DNA of 64,000 nucleotides from Octopus sinensis (lineage: Eukaryota): the NCBI RefSeq assembly GCF_006345805.1, contig NC_042998.1, positions 90,272,001 to 90,336,000 on the forward strand, in the 5' to 3' direction. Positions 1 through 14,098 of this stretch are shown one piece after another (position 1 is the first letter of the stretch; every line of letters begins with the position of its first letter). A program made the position numbers and the translations under genes. The notes under the pieces are model-generated. The model was not told where the DNA came from. It saw only the letters and a list, made by a program, of their open reading frames with translations, and searched no databases.

Positions 1-380
1 AGAAACGTTAGCACGCCGGGCGAAATGCGTAACCGTATTTCGTCTGCCGTTTCGTTCTGAGTTCAAATTCCGCCGAGGTTGACTTTGCCTTTCATCCTTT
101 CGAGATCGATAAATTAACTACCAGTTACGCACTGGTGTCGATGTAATCGACTTAATCCGATTGTCTGTCCTTGTTTATCCCCTCTGTGTGCAGCCCCTTG
201 TGGGCAGTAAAGAAATAGGTATTTCGTCTGTCTTTACGTTCTGAGTTCAAATTCCGCCGAGGTCAACTTTGCCTTTCATCCTTTCGGGGTCGATAAATTA
301 AGTACCAGTTGTGTATTGGGGTCGATCTAATCGACTGGCCCTCTCTCTCAAAATTTCGGGCCTTGAGCCTGGAGTAAAAA
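1..380 (+). mobile_element. tRNA-derived SINE family 1, dimer-like copy
   Basis: B-box-like GAGTTCAAATTCC and a conserved gcctttcatcctttcggggtcgataaa core, repeated many times in the window. Confidence 0.85.
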
Positions 381-1065
381 ATAAATTACCATAATTTTCC
401 CCCAAATGCTGATACAAATATTGTTTCTGATTTAGAAACAAGGTCGAGGATAAGTCGATGCCGTTAGCCCTGATAGTTTGTTAACGACCCCGAAAGGGGC
501 GAAAGTGAACCTCGGTGGAATTTGAACTCCGAACGTTAAGAGCCAAAGCAAACATAACAAAGTATTTTATACACGCTTTGCTGATTCCGCCAATCCACCA
601 CTCAGAACTATAAAAAGGGTAGCATAAATGAACCCAAATACTTAGTTGCCTATGAAGTGGTTAGAGCTAATAATGATTTCTTTCAAGTAACACAACACCA
701 CATTTGTGGCATTTAGTATTTGATATTCGACTTACATTACATTCCTAGAGCAAATTGTACAGACTCTGTCGATGAAGTGAAAGACAGAGATGATCTTAGC
801 GAAGTTTAAACATACAAGGAAATAAGAAAACCGCAAGACATTCACTTCAGATCAGCACTCTGCCATGACACCAACTAGAAAGCCTTCGACAACCAAGATA
901 GGGGAAATTTGTCTTGTTTTGTTTTGTTTTGTTTTGTTTTTTTATCAGGAGCGAATTACAGTTTTATAGGAAACTGTGGTAGAACATCTGTGTTGCAAAT
1001 AAGTTCAATCTTTAATTTTACAAATTCATGAGTACGTATTACAGTGTCGGTATTAAAGTTAATGC

Positions 1066-1299
1066 GGACGGCGAGCTGGCAGAAACGTTAGCACGTCGGG
1101 CGAAATGCTTAGCAGTATTTCGTCTGCCGCTACGTTCTGAGTTCAAATTCCGCCGAGGTCGACTTTGCCTTTCATCCTTTCGGGGTCGATTAAATAAGTA
1201 CCAGTTACGCACTGGGGACGATATAATCGACTTAATCCGTTTGTCTGTCCTTGTTTGTCCTCTCTGCGTTTAGCCCCTTGTGGGTAGTAAAGAAATAGG
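1066..1299 (+). mobile_element. SINE family 1
   Basis: Full head ggcgagctggcagaaacgttagc; flanking direct repeat ggtattaaagttaa. Confidence 0.85.
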
Positions 1300-1669
1300 T
1301 ATTAAAGTTAAAATTTTCACATGGATTTTAGAAATTTCCTCAGCGAATGTTTTCAATTTTGAATGCAAACGTAATTTCGTTCGTGGATGCCGATTTCCAG
1401 CTCTATGCTAGAAATAACTGTCAAATCTTCTTCAAATCACATCTTTGCGTATTTAAAAAAAAAGGAAGGAAACATAATATAATGTAATCCTATTTATACA
1501 AACCGACAGGATGGTCATGACTACAAAAGATTTCATCACATATCTTCCCCTTATGTTAACTTTCTCGTTGTAGCTCTCTTTTAGTCTCTCCCCTTGTATA
1601 TACGACGTGAGCAGACTTGTGAAATCAACATTATATCGGCTATTATGTAGAATATAACTTAATAATTAT

Positions 1670-1886
1670 TTCTACTCTAGACATAAGACTTTGAAAATTT
1701 TGGTGGGAAGCGGACGAGTCGATTACATCGATCTCAGTGCGTAACTGGTACTTATTTCATCGACCCCGGAAGAAGGAAAGGCAATGTCGACCTCGGCGGA
1801 ATTTGAACTCAGAACGTTGCGGCATACGGAATATCGCTAAGTATTTCGCGCGATGTGCTAACGAATCTGCCAGCTCACCGCCTTGG
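1670..1886 (-). mobile_element. SINE family 1
   Basis: Reverse complement of the family consensus. Confidence 0.8.
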
Positions 1887-2347
1887 CAATATATCTTAAT
1901 AACTATACAGAAATGAGTAAGAAGATGGGTTTTTTTTTATCTCTTTATTTATTTATTAACAGATATAAAAGATCTAAATCTTCCTGGGGAAAGGAGAGGA
2001 CACTGCTTTTTATTTTTTATTTTGGTTTCCAACTGTAAATCTGAGGAAATTCACCAACCAGTCAGTTGGTGCATTTATCACAAAATATAAAGTAAGTAAA
2101 GGAAAATATGAAAACAATAATGTTATATAATTTTAATTAAGGTTTCGATCGTTTCGATAGCTAGACCGATCATTTCATCACCTTACACATTGGTTGGTAC
2201 TTAAAAACCCTGTAAATCCATACAATAAATAATTAATTAATCGGTTAATGAAATAAATTATCCTTTCATCAGACCCTCTCAAAGTTATTATGGTAAATAC
2301 TAAGAATTTCTAACACACACAAACCCTGTTTGTGTGCGTGCGTGTAT

Positions 2348-2456
<109 letters not shown>

Positions 2457-2874
2457 CCAAGTTGTAGAATGGAGTTATCTCAGTACACATGAATCACACA
2501 CAAATGTCCTTGGGAAGCCCCAAACACTTCATTTTACTTCTGACCAATTTGTTAACTTATATACAAACACACCACAACAGAATTAGATATAACCCATTAC
2601 TTGAAATAGGATGTCTCATATCCTGTCTTTGGTAGCTTCTCAGTGATCTATGAACTGGAGCAATGCTTTACTAACCAGTTGATGTGTTAAACCAGTACTT
2701 ATATTTTCTAATGTTCTATGAACTGTTGTTGATCACCCCGACCATCCCTGATCAAAGCTATGTTTAAGTAGCGATCTACATATCCAGATGGTACGTCTGC
2801 TATACACTCCAACATGCAGTGGTTTATGTAAGGAATGCAGTGTGACAATCGAGACATATTACGTTAATTCCCAT

Positions 2875-3125
2875 TCCTTTGCTTGTTTCAGTCAGTTGAC
2901 TGCGGCCATTCTGGGGCAGCGCCTTAAAGAGTTTCAGTCGAAAAAATCGACCCCAAGATTTATTCTTTGTAAGCTTCGTACTTATTCTATCGGTCACTTT
3001 TGCCGAACCGTTACGTTACGGGGACCTAAACACGCCAGCATCAGTTGTCAAACGATAGTGGGGGGACAAACAGACACACATACACAAACATATACATACA
3101 TATATATATATATATTATATATATA

Positions 3126-3156
<31 letters not shown>

Positions 3157-3162
3157 ATATAT

Positions 3163-3202
<40 letters not shown>

Positions 3203-3360
3203 CAGGCTTCTTTCAGTTTCCGTCTACCAAATCCACACACAAGGCTTTGGTTGGCCCGAGGATACAGTATAAGACACTTGCCCAATGCGCGACGCAGTGG
3301 GACTGAACCCGGAACTATGTGGTTAGGAAGCAAGCTTCTTATCACACAACCATGCCTATG
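2875..3360 (-). mobile_element. tRNA-derived SINE family 2 with internal microsatellite; other copies at 17742-19340 (split), 23838-24205, 40195-40697 and 55950-56570
   Basis: gggttcagtccc B-box-like head, CORE-like cttgggcaagtg segment and shared 3' ggtcgatttg...tgactgaaac. Confidence 0.8.
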
Positions 3361-4613
3361 CATATTAGTTATTTTCTTACAAAGCTATTGGTCTGACTGA
3401 GGCCGCTGATGAAAAGTGTAGTCTCAATTTAAAGCTATAGTTTCTGTTTCTTTGCACTTATTTCTGAGACTATTGATGATGAGGCTATCAAAGCGTGCTC
3501 CTTTTGTTTGTCTGGACTAAGTGGAAGGTATAGCGATCTTATGTGTTTTATTCGTGGTAGGGGACGTTTTAAGAATATCTTACTGTTTACAAGGTAATTA
3601 AACATAGAGTGGCAGATAATGTGTGGCTAAACCGAATGTTTTGCTTAGGTACATTGATCAGTGGTTAGAGCGTTGGGTTTACAGTTTACAGTAGTGAGTT
3701 CGATTCCCCGACCGAACTCTGTATTGTGTTCTTGAGAAAGTCACTTTCTTTCACGCTGCTCCAGATCACTCAGTTGTAGAAATGAGTTGCGATGTCACTG
3801 GTGGCAAGTTGTATCAGCTTTGCCTTTCCTTTGGATAATATCGCTAGCCTGGAGAGGGGCGGCGGGTATGCATGGGCGACTTCTGGTCTTCCATAATCAA
3901 CTTTGCCAAGTGTTACGTCTTGGAGGGGAACTTTCTAGGTGCAATCTTATGGTCATTCGTGACCGAAGGGGGTCTTTACCCTTGTGTTTGCAAAAGAAGA
4001 TATTCTTGAAGACACCATGTATTCGTCAGGGTAAAGTTTATGAATGCGGTGATGATTGAGTATAGTGGTTTGAAGTCATATGGAAAGTTGTAACGAAACA
4101 AGGGTAGGTTGATGAGGTTTTCTTAGGATTTTTCAAAGTAAGTTTAAATAATACTGGTTGGCTAGTATGGTAATTATTTTGCCCAGTTCTCAAATTCTAG
4201 GAATTTGGCAGTGTTTGTACGAGCTTGACTGTACAGTTGAGAAGCTCACTTTGCTGCCACGTGGTTTAGCGTTCAGTCTCACAACGCGGCACCTTCAGCA
4301 AGTGTCTTCGGTTATAGCCAAAGGCCGACAAATGCCTTCTTAGTGGATTTCCTTCATAGAAAGTATGTGGAAACCAGTCACGCGCGCATGTGTGTATGTG
4401 TTCGTGTTTGTATATGCCAACCACCATCACGTAACAACCAGTATTGGTTTGTTTAAATCCCTGCAACTTAGCGATTTGGCATAAGAGATCGACAAAATAA
4501 ATATCAGTCTTTAAAAAATAAATACTAGAGTTGATTTCTTTGACTAAGACCTTCCAGACCGTGCCCCAACATGGACGCAGTTCGATGAGTGAAACAAGTA
4601 ATGATAAAAGATA

Positions 4614-4806
4614 ACATTATTTACATTTGACGGATATTTGTCCTCATTTTCCTAGGAATGAGAACCCAGGTTCGAAATTTCCCCAAGACACCTGATGAAG
4701 GCAGAAGGGTATATCAGCCGGAACGTTGTGTTAACAACAAGATGAGAACAAATATCCGTCAAATGTAAATAATGTAAATAATTCCTCATCTCTTAAATAT
4801 AGAACT
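4614..4806 (+). repeat. Short foldback element with degenerate hammerhead
   Basis: Inverted arms at about 4614-4647 and 4742-4775. The loop has ACAC-CTGATGA-AGGC..GCC-GGAAC-GTT-GTGT (GAAA changed to GGAA). Confidence 0.6.
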
Positions 4807-5014
4807 GGATAAAAGATAAGATAAAACTTCTACCAATTTTGACGTCATTTATTTCTATAGCAATGAATTACAGTGGCGAAGTCTTATTTCTGAAAGCAAA
4901 ACATACCAAGGAATAGGAATCCGTCATAGAATAGATTTCTTCAAGATTATTACTTGATGTTGGGTATCTATCTTTCTTCATATATTTTATTTAAACTCAT
5001 CCTTCTTTACCAAA

Positions 5015-5166
5015 CTATTGTTGTCCTAAGTGGTAATCCAATATGATCCCGATCAGCAAATGTAGCCATATAAACGTAAATAAAGGGACTGGTAGTTTAC
5101 GTACTGCAGATGAGTTTTTTTTTTCTAATTCCAAATAGTCTAACTCCTTCTTGGTTTTTGGCGTTC
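5015..5166 (-). CDS. Ly6/uPAR gene A, terminal exon with GPI-anchor-like signal (GTPKTKKELDYLELEKKNSSAVRKLPVPLFTFIWLHLLIGIILDYHLGQQ*)
   Basis: Long polypyrimidine tract ending TTCCCAG; phase 1. Small-residue NSS site, spacer, then a hydrophobic stretch and TAG. AATAAA about 25 nt downstream (plus-strand tttatt near 4986). Confidence 0.8.
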
Positions 5167-5707
5167 CTGGGAAGAAAAGAAGGATAGAAAATCAAAATAG
5201 TAGAAATGAAAATAAATCCCATTGACCACTATGGGATTTATTGTATGTGTGTGCATATGTGTATAAATATGTGTGTATGTATATATGTGTGCGTGTATGT
5301 ATGTATGTATGTATGTATGTATGTATGTATGTATGTATGTATGTATGTATGTATGAACAATGACATGCATATTCTTAATATGTTCCGGGAGATTCGAACA
5401 TGAATATGCTAATCGCTGATCTATTTCGTCATTGGGGAGCAGCTTCTCTCGAACGAATTTATGTTTATAACACTAGATTCATTAGGGTAAGGGGACTTTG
5501 GGACATTCAGTCTTTTGACCTTAATGTGTCTCCTCAGGCAAAGCGACCCCTGACTACTGAATCTAAGAAGAGTTTTGGACACGTGTTTATAACTTCAGCA
5601 AACAAATTAGTTGCTGATGCATGCTGATAACTGCCAACTGACATAAAATTAATATGTGCACGCTGAACAACGAGTATCAGAACGATGACGTACTTATTTA
5701 TTCTTAA

Positions 5708-6220
5708 CTAGCAGTATCGCCCGGCGTTGCTCGGGTTTGTAAGGGAAATAACTATATAAGCATTTTTAGAGAGTTACTTCCCTTATAGATGCCAATTCGG
5801 GCTTTCTTAGCCATTTCTGTTTTGGTGTCTTCAAGCCATGAAGTCATTGTTCTAAAAGAACGCTGGTCTCCTTGACAACGCTTTACGACGTTGATTTCCT
5901 TACACTCCCTTCCCCACAGCTTCACGTGGGAGGGAAGAAGGGGAGAAGCAAACAGGTGCAGGTGTGACCATGGACGCCAACTCCGCCGCCATCGACACAC
6001 GAAAAATTATGCATTAAAATGGAATAAAAAATGATGTTAAATTATTTTTAAAATCGTAGACTCATCGTAGACGCGCGCTAATACTCAGACGGGCTCGATA
6101 TGAATCACGACTATAAGATACCCGGATTTGGTTAAACTGCACCGCAAAATGTGGGAGTAGTTAGGAATCTAAATCGAAGGGGACAGACACTCACACAACT
6201 ACAGTTTTATATATATAGAT
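5708..6220 (-). mobile_element. Non-autonomous Helitron
   Basis: Minus strand starts ATCTATATATATAAAA and ends CCCGAGCAACGCCGGG hairpin then CTAG. Same family as 31241-31639. Confidence 0.8.
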
Positions 6221-8783
6221 ATGTTCTGACGGATTCGAATATGAATATGTTAATTGCTGTTATATTTCGTCATTGGAAAACAACTTCATGTATATGTGTA
6301 TTTGAACAAATGTTTTACGATATCGAAAATGAAAGACAAGTGGAATACTGAGGTGCCAACCATGAGACATTATTAGCTTACAGTAACATGGTTTTAATCG
6401 AGGAATAGAAATTCAAACCTTTTCCTGTTGCAGTTTTCAGTTTCGTTTCTGAGATTTTAATTGAATTCTAGAAGCTGATTAAACTGTAGGTTTTCAAAAG
6501 TTAGGGTGAAATTCGAATAGAAAACAAAATTTTTCGTTAAATTAAAACTTGATCTAACTTCGTTTTTATTTATTATTTTTATTTATATTTTATTGATATA
6601 TGTTAGCTGCAATTTTAGTTTGGATCTAAAACAAAGGTTTCATCGCTTTGTATGTAAAACATTTTGTAAAATTGGGATTGAATTGAACTGAAAATGGTAA
6701 AACTGAATTGAAAATCCAAATCGATAACAGAATTGAATTAAAACATTCGGAATATAACTAATATAGTTGCTTTACTTATGTTAAACTGAAAAACAAACAA
6801 CAAATAAAATACTTAAATTGAAATTTTCTCGGCTCGAAATATTGACTATATCCTTTTGATCATTTCAAGTGCGAGTGCTATGAAATTATGGTAATTACTC
6901 GGAGAGCCAAATCTGCATCACGTTTCGTTTACCGCTTAAGACATATATCTCGTACTTTCGATTTGTGCTGCAATAAAATAGACTGAAAGGGAAGGAGCTT
7001 GATCGGGCTCATGCACCCTTCATAAAATCTCCAGCGATGAATCCACAAATCACTGAGGTTTATATGACATTTTCACTAGTCAAACTGCTGTTAGAAGTTT
7101 AAACTAGAACTAAGAAAACTGTGTACTATTTTGTTAAACAACCTGTCTGTTTTGATAAGCATAAAGGAAGAATGTGTGGTTTAGTTTACTTTGGTAAAAC
7201 TGGAATTTTATGTATGAAGTTCATGTTTGGTGAATTTCCTTCGAAAGAATGATAGTATTCTCACGCAAGATCAGGATACCTTCAGTTTTACGTAAATCTT
7301 TTCCCTTTTTTTCTTTTTTGTAGTTCTTCTTGGTTGTTGTTTATGGTAGGAAGAAGAAGGCTGTATCTATACATCTGCTTCTTGTCTGTGTTACTTTAGT
7401 CGTGTTTGCATGCTTGTGTGTGTAAACTTAGAAAATGTAATTTAATCGCTACTGGGTGGTATCGAATAAGGGAAATATATCATAAGGTATTGAGTGCCAC
7501 AGAGTACGAACGGAGTTCCCAAAGAAGCGAGTCTACAACACGGTTACCATTCCTATTCCCGATGGAAAACACTCAACTTTACTTATATCACTAACACCTT
7601 TGAGAAAGTCCTCTTTCAACTATCCTACGCTTTCTCCTATAAAATGTAAGGGGTTTTTGAGCATCGTTAGAAGAAACCCTATATGTATGGCGATTTGATC
7701 TAAGCAGTCAAGTAATCAAACGTACATCTTCGGTCATCTTATATTAATTGATAATATATCAAGAATCATTTTTATTTGGTAGCCCAATTCTATAAATTTC
7801 GGTTGTATGCTTGCAAAGATTTACATTAAATATGACTATAGGAAAAATTACAAAAAAAATCTAAGCAAAATATCTCAGCTGACTTCAATTGTTTTCCGTC
7901 AGTTTGAGTGATGAATATTTAGTTGTTCGATAAAATGAACTACCGCTCATTGAATGGGTGTGTCAGTGGGGTATTGTACAGGCATGTGTGCCCTTGAAAT
8001 AATTCCTGAACTGAGTCAGTCCAACACAGTGTGGGACTAAGCCGAACCTTTGAACTACTAGCACAATCCACTCGACAGGCTTCCGCATAGTTTCCCTCAT
8101 CCCAATTTCACTACAAGTTCTGGGCCTTGATCGACTCCAGGCTATAGTAAAAGACGCTTGCTCAAGAAGTCACTTATTAAGATCTAACCCAGAACCTTGT
8201 GATTGAGATGCGAACTTTTTTGATACTCGCTCATACTGCATCTACTCAACCAACAAACTTAAGAAAAGCTTAAGAAGCAAGAGTCTAAGGAGAATTTACA
8301 GAAGACCTGTGAGCATCTGCTCGGATACATTCTTGGAATTCATTACTAACATTGTTTGAAGGCCATTACCTTGTCTCCGTAATTATTTCGTCATTATCAG
8401 AAAATATCAAAAAGAAGGAATCTTGGTCAAATCGGATATGTGATACGAGAATACAATGTAAGCATTAGCGAAGCGACAGTGCGAAAATAACCCATTTAAT
8501 GTCCACACTTCTAAGTCTATTTATTTGAATATGTTCCAGACTGTTAATATTATCTTTGTTGTCTCTTTATATATAGCAGAATTCGAGAAAACCGGTGAGA
8601 ACCAGTACTGTCGAAAGATGTCAGTACAGTCTTAGTTTACAATTATGCAGTCTTAGTTTACAGTAAGAATTTGGGTTGAGTGTTTCCTTTTTCAATGCAT
8701 ACAACTGTACGTAGTATAAATTTGATACCTAAAGATGAGCAAAATACATACTGCTTGAAATATAAGAATTAAAAATACATAGG

Positions 8784-8918
8784 TAGTAGCGTAGCCTGAG
8801 CGACGCTTTTATGGGAGCGGCGCTTTTGGATCTGCTCTACAAGCTTTCATTGGGAACGGGATGAAGTTCAGCAAACTGAAGGTTGCCCCGGGCAGCACAC
8901 ACACTAACTACGCCACTA
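8784..8918. mobile_element. 135-bp hAT-like MITE
   Basis: TIRs TAGTAGCGTAG / CTACGCCACTA; TSD tacatagg/tacataga. Confidence 0.7.
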
Positions 8919-9016
8919 TACATAGATTGAGATTAATGATCCTGAAAATCAAGCTAAACCCATTCAACGTTCATATTTTGTTATGGTAAATGAAGAAATA
9001 TACTGTGGTTACTTAC

Positions 9017-9145
9017 CCATAGCCATCCTATTGCAAAGATGCTTTCTACAAAAACAAATCACATCCATGTAATATTTATAACAGCCCTCTTCTGGAAGCA
9101 GTTTTGGAAATTTATATATGTGCTTTGAACATCCTCGGGCCACCA
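9017..9145 (-). CDS. Ly6/uPAR gene A, coding exon 3 (C-half of LU domain: VVARGCSKHIYKFPKLLPEEGCYKYYMDVICFCRKHLCNRMAM)
   Basis: TCTTCACAG acceptor and GTAAGT donor; 129 nt, phase 1-1. RGC...GC...CFCxxxxCN terminal LU motif. Not in the ORF track. Confidence 0.93.
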
Positions 9146-9360
9146 CTGTGAAGATTGGAAATAAGAACAATGTTCAAAAACAGTATCAGAACTTTTAAGC
9201 AAGCCGGCGGGAAAAATATAGATTGTATGTATCTTTTATACATGCATTTGTAGATAATAAATTCATTATAGTTGTGTAACCCATGAAACGGGATTGAACC
9301 TGAAACTGTACCTAATTAACTGACAAAAATATTTACGTATAGAGAAAGGAGTTATATATA

Positions 9361-10612
9361 TCTCTCTATATATAAAACTGAGAATGTCTGTCTGTCTGTG
9401 TGTTTCCCTAAAACTTGATAACTACGCAACCAATTTCATTCAAATTTCACACATGCCTTACTTAGGGTCCGGGGAGTGTCATCGGCAAAAAAAAATTTAA
9501 CTTTTTGTCTAGGGCGAGCCCACAGTAATATATCTTCTCCACTCTGATTCCCTAAAACTTGAGAACTACAGAACCAATTTCATTCAAATTTTACACATGC
9601 CTTACTTAGGGTCCATGTAGTATCATGGGCAAATATATATATATTACAAAATATAAAGTTATATCTTGAGATCGTTAGTGACAACAACGCTCAAAATATA
9701 TAACAGACTGGAACAGTAGTGCTCAAATGAGCTGTATACACTTTTTAATCCGAGGGGAGGCAATGCGAGCAGCAACTACAAAAGCACTACAAAATCTACA
9801 GAAAGATCAAACACATACATATATTCATATATTCATTTATATCTACAGAACAGACATAAAGTCCGACGTTTAGAAATATATAGTAATATATAAATATATA
9901 AACATCATATAAAAATATATTCTACGCATAAGATCCACTCGACGTTCCATAAGAAATTTAGAAATAAAAATTGCAAAAAAAGTTAGAGGTAATAATAACA
10001 ATTGAGTTAGATATAGTAAATATAGTAAGTAGTAATTAAATATATTTCATTTTATTAAATCGTTATATAACAATTAAAAGAAAAAATAGCAATTAGTATA
10101 AAATGTATCAAGGACTTGAACTCGAATATGTGGGTTTGCATGAATGGGAGAAATTAAAATATGAAAAATTTAATTGAGTGCAGAAGTGAATTAGTCCAGA
10201 TGGACATGTGCTCATACCATTTACTATAGCTGCTAGATTGAATTATATGCTTATAAAGTAGCATTCAGTATCTATGAGAATTTTGGGGAGTACGTAATGT
10301 CTGGTCTTTCGCATGTAGCAGGTATGTAATTGAGCATTTGTTTCCGTGTACTATGTGTTGTGTGTAAAAAACATCCTGACGAGGGGGGTGTCAATTTTAA
10401 ATATATAATATGTTTCATATTAATTGATGCATCTCTGATGAAATTTTATGTATTTTTGTAAATTTGTATATTTATCTTCTATGTATTTTTCTCTGGAATT
10501 TTAATTCGTCTTTTTGATATGTCATTGTATGTTTTTTTACCACAAATTTTTAATTTAACAAATTTATACCAAACTAGCACTATGACCTGGCAACGCCGGG
10601 TCATAATGCTAG

Positions 10613-10613
<1 letters not shown>
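9361..10613 (+). mobile_element. Non-autonomous Helitron with internal duplication and AT-rich filler
   Basis: TC-TATATATAAAACTGAG start; ttccctaaaacttg...cttacttagggtcc duplicated; ends GACCTGGCAACGCCGGGTC hairpin then CTAG-T. Confidence 0.7.
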
Positions 10614-10644
<31 letters not shown>

Positions 10645-11259
10645 TTATGCAGTGAATTGATAATAGAGGGTTGGCTAATGTGTCTCAAAGTATTTGCTCT
10701 GACTCAGTACTCTAGTTCAAATTGCACTGAGATCAACTCTGTCTTTCATACTTCAGGGGTCGATAAAAACAAAGTATCGATACAGAGCGATGGATTGGCG
10801 AAAATGTAAGAACTTTGGTGAGATGCCTTGCGGTGTTTGTTCTGGTTCTTTGCATCTTGGGTTAAAATCCTACGGCCTATTTGGTGGATCATTCAATCAT
10901 TCGCCCGATTTAACTACACCACCTGACATCTTGGGTGCTTTTAGCAGAATCCACCTTGTCACAAATAATCAAGCCAGTTTACCGATTTGACGATGCTTTC
11001 TTCCCTCCCTCTAGTTTTAGATATAAAGGAGCATGCACTCTGCCTTTTCTGTTGGCCGAAAGATTTTTTTAAATATAGATTATATTAACCAAAAATCTTT
11101 TGTAATTCTTCTATGTGTAAAAGTCTTTATCAGCTGATCATATAGGTTTAAGTAGACAATGCATCATACTAATGAGGTCTAATAGATTGAAGAATAACTA
11201 TAGTTATCTTTTGCTTGCAAACAAAGGTCAGACTTTTTCTGTAAGTATGTAACATGTTT

Positions 11260-13367
11260 CTCATTTAGGCACAAGGCCAGTACTTATTGGTGGTCAGTGC
11301 ATTATTGGTACTTATTTTATCAACCTCGAAACTATGAAAGAAAAAACTGATCCTGACTTGAACTCAGATCGCAAACAGCCAAAAAATACCGCGATGCATT
11401 TGGTTCGACGATCAAACGATCCTGCCAATCTATCACCACTGCCCTATATAATTGTTTCTAATTTAGGTACAAAACCAACAATATTAAGGGGAAGGGGTTA
11501 TGAGAGCAATTAACTGGAAGTTTATTTCATCGAACTCGGAGAGATGAAAGGTAAAGCTGACACCGGTGAAATTTGAACTCAGATCGTAAAGAGCCGTAAC
11601 TAAATGCCACAAGGCATTTTGTCCAATATATTCACAATACTGCCACTCCAACATCCTAAATGATAATAAAAAATTAATGGTTTCAAATTTTGGCATAAAA
11701 CCTGCAATTACATCGACCCCAGTGGTCAACTGGTACCTATTATGTTGACGCTGAGAGGATAAAAACAAAGTCGACCTCGGCAGAATTTGAACTTAGACTA
11801 TATATTTCTTTACTACCCACAAGGGGCTACACATAGAGGGGACAAACAAGGACAGACAGAGGGAGTAAGTCGATTACATCGACCCAGTGCGAAACTGGTA
11901 CTTTATTTATTGACCCCGAAAGGATGAAAGGCAAAGTCGACCTCGGCGGAATTTGAACTCAGAACGTAACGACAGATGAAATAGCTATTTCTTTACTGCC
12001 CACAAGGGGCTAAACACAGAGGGGACAAACAAGGACAGACAAACGGATTAAGTCGATTATATCGACCCCAGTGCGTAACTGGTACTTATTTAATCGACCC
12101 CGAAAGGATGAAAGGCAAAGTCAACCTCGGCGGAATTTGAACTCAGAACGTAGCGACAGACGAAATACCGCTAAGCGTTTCGCCCGGCGCGCTAACGTTT
12201 CTGCTAGCTCGCCGCCTTTGACCTTAGAATATAAAGACGGATGAAATACCCCGAAAGAATGCAAGGAAAATTTGACCCCGGTATTTTATATCCATAACAG
12301 CGAGTGCAACCGCAAGATGGAAATGGCATAAAATATTTATTCGTTGATACAGAATGTTTAGGAGAAACAAATTGATGGTAAATGGTCACTGAGAATGTGT
12401 TGCTAGAAAAAGATGATAAAGGAAATAGAACTCTTGACCAAAGTAAGTTGGAGTTAAAATTCGAAATTTATTGTAAGAATATTAGTAATGCAACAAATAA
12501 AGGGAACTTTGGTGTTGAACTACATGAATTATAACTATCGATATAGTCATAATGTGGATTTATAATATAGGCACAAGGTCTTAAATTGGGAGAATGACTG
12601 ATCAGATTGATACCAGTACTTAAGGGGTAATTATTTTACCAGTGATGGGAAGGGAAGAAACTCATGGACCACTTTGGTGGAATATGGAATCAAAATTTAA
12701 AGATATGCAACTAACTCCCGCAAGGTATTTTGTTTGTATTCAACTGATTCTATTAAATATAAATTAAGCGATTAGTTGTTGAATGTAGGAATAAGGTGGC
12801 TGAGTGGATAAGGTATGAAACTGACCTACTCTTTGGTTGGGAGTTCAAATACACTGCAGGTGTTTCCCTACACCTTTCGACGCAAAACATTTTTATTTCA
12901 TTTTGTCTCTCTTTCCCTAGTGGGAACAGTTTCCTGAACATCTTGACATATTAGTTTCAAATTTTAGCACAAGGCCAGCAATTTTGGGGGAGGGATTAAG
13001 TCGATTACATCGAGCCCAGTGTTCAACTGGTATTTATTTTATCAATCCTGAAAGGACAAAAGGCAAATTTGACCTCGGCAGCATTTGAACTCAGAACTGT
13101 TAGACAAAATGCCGCTTAGCATTTTGCCAGGCGCGGTAACGATTTTTCCAGTTCCTTTCTACTATAAGCACAAGGCCTGAAATTTTGAGGGAAGGGGATA
13201 GTCGATTACATCGACCCCAGTACTCAACAGGTACTTAATTTATCGACCCCAAAAAGATGAAAGGCAAAGTCGACGTCGGCGGAATTTGAACTCTGAGCGT
13301 AGCGGCAGACGAAATACCGCTAAGCATTTCGCCCGGCGCACTAACCAACCTGTCAACTCACCGCCTT
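11260..13367 (-). mobile_element. Cluster of SINE family 1 copies (best preserved 11805-12217 and 13160-13367)
   Basis: Repeated gaaaggatgaaaggcaaagtcgacctcggcggaatttgaactc cores. Confidence 0.8.
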
Positions 13368-13990
13368 AGATCATCTTGACATATCAATTCGATTTACTGG
13401 TGTCAAAACTAGGTAAAGGTTTATTACTCATCTACTTCACGCCACGAAAAGTTTCTTTGGGCTGATGAGGAATCTAATTGAATGGAAGAAAACTAAACAA
13501 TTTGTTATGCGGAAGAAAATACTGGATGTGATCAGTTCCAATAAGCTATTAATGAATCAAGCAAGAATTTTCAACAAAATCACGTCACTTTGAACAACAA
13601 CATTAAATGCTTCTGAAACTATACTAATAATTCGATGGCCAAATAATATATATCTGATGCTGTGCTGTTAAAAAGCTCATTCTGCAATCGTATGGTCTCA
13701 GGTTCAGTTTTATTATATGGCACCTTGAGAAAACGACTTCTACTATAGTCCCGAGCAGACTAATGCTTTGAGAGAACTTGGTGGACGGAAACTAAAAAGA
13801 AGCCTATCGTGTGTGAGTGTATTTTTCATTCTCTCTTCATTTTTTCCTCCCAACCTTTTTCTGTGGATGAGCGTAGGCTCGAAACGTAAAAGACTTTTCC
13901 ATTTTTCCCGAGCGTCCAACTAATACACTTGCTTGTTGTTCCCTCGCCTGTCTTCATTCTTAATTTTCTGCAAATTTGAACAATGTATAT

Positions 13991-14024
13991 ATCTTATATA
14001 TAATAAAACTGAAGATGTCTGTGT

Positions 14025-14098
<74 letters not shown>

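Noticed and set aside
8692-8941. Alternative last exon for gene A in which the hAT MITE end supplies a stop that truncates a hydrophobic tail (GSLISIYV*; empty site would read on FLILIFQAVCILLIF...)
   Set aside because: T-rich intron DNA translates as hydrophobic by chance, and 5015-5166 has a much stronger acceptor and a classical GPI-like signal. A minor isoform is not excluded.
12204-12410. Cys-containing ORF (SCGCTRCYG) within the gene A span
   Set aside because: No LU spacing, phase incompatible with the flanking exons, and it runs into SINE sequence.
11805-13367. Regularly recurring ~40-bp cores resembling a CRISPR array or tRNA genes
   Set aside because: These are dispersed tRNA-derived SINE copies in a eukaryote; there is no repeat-spacer periodicity, no cas genes and no complete cloverleaf.
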